Assembly (NCBI RefSeq): GCF_964213995.1
Contig: NC_135823.1
Span: forward strand, 68,324,001 to 68,388,000
From: Mustelus asterias
Lineage: Eukaryota
DNA length: 64,000 nucleotides
Direction: 5' to 3'
Program-made: the position numbers and the translations under genes
Notes under the pieces: generated by a model
The model's input: only the letters and a program-made list of their open reading frames with translations
Databases searched by the model: none
Told to the model about the DNA's origin: nothing
In this document: positions 62,218-64,000 of the stretch, one piece after another
Numbering within the stretch: position 1 is the stretch's first letter
Layout: every line of letters begins with the position of its first letter

Positions 62218-62687
62218 TTAAATGCCGCAGAGATTAGACTCTGGAAAGTGGTTTGACATTTCTCGTGCTGTATTCCTCTCAAAAGCCCATTGTGTAAAGT
62301 AAAATAGTTTTAGGTCTCAAAGTGCAGTTCTGTCTTAAATTGTCTTAAATTTTTTTAAACCTGGAAGTGCCTTAAAGAGAAACTGGCACTTGTTTAAAGA
62401 AGTATGTAACAGGCCAATGCATTATTGTGAGATTTGCAACTTTGGAATCAGTTTCTGCAGTGTGTTATAGTTATGTAGCTTTTGTGATTTGTATTTCTCA
62501 TGAACATGTATTAATTGAATGTGTCATTTTGTAATGTGTATCTTGCGACCTCAACTTTAATTCACCAATCATCTCAATGCAGTAATTTTGCAATTGTAAT
62601 TGTTGTATTAGTTTAAGATTGTGTTCCTCTTGGACATATAGGCATTTGAATTTTCGACAACATCTAAGATGTACGATTAGGACTATT

Positions 62688-62990
62688 GGCAGCACAGTGG
62701 CACGGTGATTAGCACTGCTGCCTCACAGCACCAGGGATCCAGGTTCGATTCCGGCCTTGGATGGCTGTCTGTGTGGAGTTTGCACATTCTCCCCGTGTCT
62801 GTGTGGGTTTCCTCCAGGTGCTCCAGTCTCCTCCCACACTCCAAAGATGAGTAGGTTAGGTTAGGTGGGTTCGCAGGGTAAATGCTCAGGGTTACGCGGA
62901 TAGGGATGGGCCGAGGTAAAATGTTCTTTCAGAGTCAGCGCAGACTTGATGGGCTGAATGGCCTCCTTCTGCACTGCAGGGATTCTAGGA
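62688..62990 (+). mobile_element. V-SINE (HE1-like)
   Basis: Consensus match. Confidence 0.85.
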
Positions 62991-63064
62991 TTAGTCCAGA
63001 GCATCAATCATTAGGCCGGGACACCACACAGCCTCTTCTTACAAATAAGATCCGTAAATTACCT

Positions 63065-63556
63065 TGTAGTGCCTTGTTACCTTATTGGAAAAGCTATGAA
63101 CTTAATAAAAATAACAGAGGAAAGAGAATACAAAGGATGTTCCCACAAGTGACTGACATCTCACGGAACCAGTCAGGTGGTAATGGGAAGTGACATCAGT
63201 GAGGTGGTCCTGACGAAACCAATCAGACGTTTGAGTGGGGCATGATCAATCAGGGACTGATCATGTGCTGATTGGGCCAATCAGAACTAAGGGATACTAG
63301 TGATCATGCATAGTGCTAGCATTGGTTAAAAAGCAACAACTGTCAATAGCTAGGAGCACAGCAAGGTGACAGAAGATAGACTGTGTTACAGTCAGCTGGA
63401 AGTCGTGAACCAGTGTTCGAGAGTGAGTTACCTCTTCTGCTGTCTTGGCTAAGTATTTTACAAGTTTGTACCTACCGCAACAAACTTAATAAATTATCTG
63501 AAATTTGTGACAACAAACATGTACCTAGAGTGGTCTGTAGCTAGTCAGGAACTGCA
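63065..63556 (+). mobile_element. Candidate solo LTR
   Basis: TGTAG...CTGCA termini, a cluster of CCAAT/ATTGG boxes at 63219-63325, AATAAA at about 63488; no TSD seen. Confidence 0.35.
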
Positions 63557-63647
63557 GTTTCTTTTTAGGTAACTCTTCCAAGTCATTCTAGCAATTGAAA
63601 TCGACTTAAGTCTTACAACTGAGATTGGAGTGAACCCCAGATCTAAT

Positions 63648-63752
63648 GAGATGGCACCTTCGACAATGCAGTATTCCCTCGGCACTGCACCGGAGTGCTA
63701 GCCATGATTTTTGGGCTCATGTCCTGGAGTGAGACTACAACTGAGCCACAGA
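63648..63752 (-). mobile_element. DeuSINE-like 5' fragment
   Basis: gatggcaccttcgacaatgcagtattccctcggcactgcac resembles the reverse-complement Deu domain. Confidence 0.5.
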
Positions 63753-64000
63753 GAAAGAAAAGAGATAGTCTGAATCTAAAAATGAGACACTAAATATTAG
63801 CTTGCTGCTTCAAATGTTGCTTTTAGTATTCACTTTATATGAAGAGTTAGGTGAAAGATTATGAACCATGAATACAATGGCTGCTGCTTATATCTAACCT
63901 AATTGGTATTTTAAAATTGAACTCAGGTCTCACAGAAACTCCGAAAGAACAGAGTGAGAATTTATGGTGGATGAAGACACTAAGCAGTGAAAGGCAATCA

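Overview
Eukaryotic, repeat-dense DNA with a cartilaginous-fish (shark) repeat complement. I recognise no host protein-coding exon, so this looks like a gene desert or a large intron. Roughly half of the window is interspersed repeat: about 26 tRNA-derived V-SINEs (HE1-like, with two different 3' tails), a second tRNA-SINE family, DeuSINE relics, and CR1, Rex1/Babar and L2-group LINE fragments. It also holds Penelope-like elements (PLEs, one with RT-thumb plus GIY-YIG), a decayed two-gene Harbinger transposon (Myb/SANT gene convergent with a HARBI1-type transposase), further Harbinger relics and MITEs, three candidate solo LTRs, two minisatellites and one 140-N gap. The most interesting signals are: (i) minimal hammerhead-ribozyme motifs in two PLE families, with stem II covariation, repeatedly arranged as head-to-head inverted pairs; (ii) apparent SINE/LINE tail partnerships, including a V-SINE subfamily with a Rex1-like tail; (iii) a SINE whose A-box head is amplified 10-fold in tandem; (iv) perfect hairpins that look like template-switch products; (v) AT-rich unique blocks rich in homeodomain motifs that may be conserved enhancers. 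Family names come from recalled consensus motifs, not database searches, and repeat boundaries are approximate. I found nothing that I can show to be a wholly new system.
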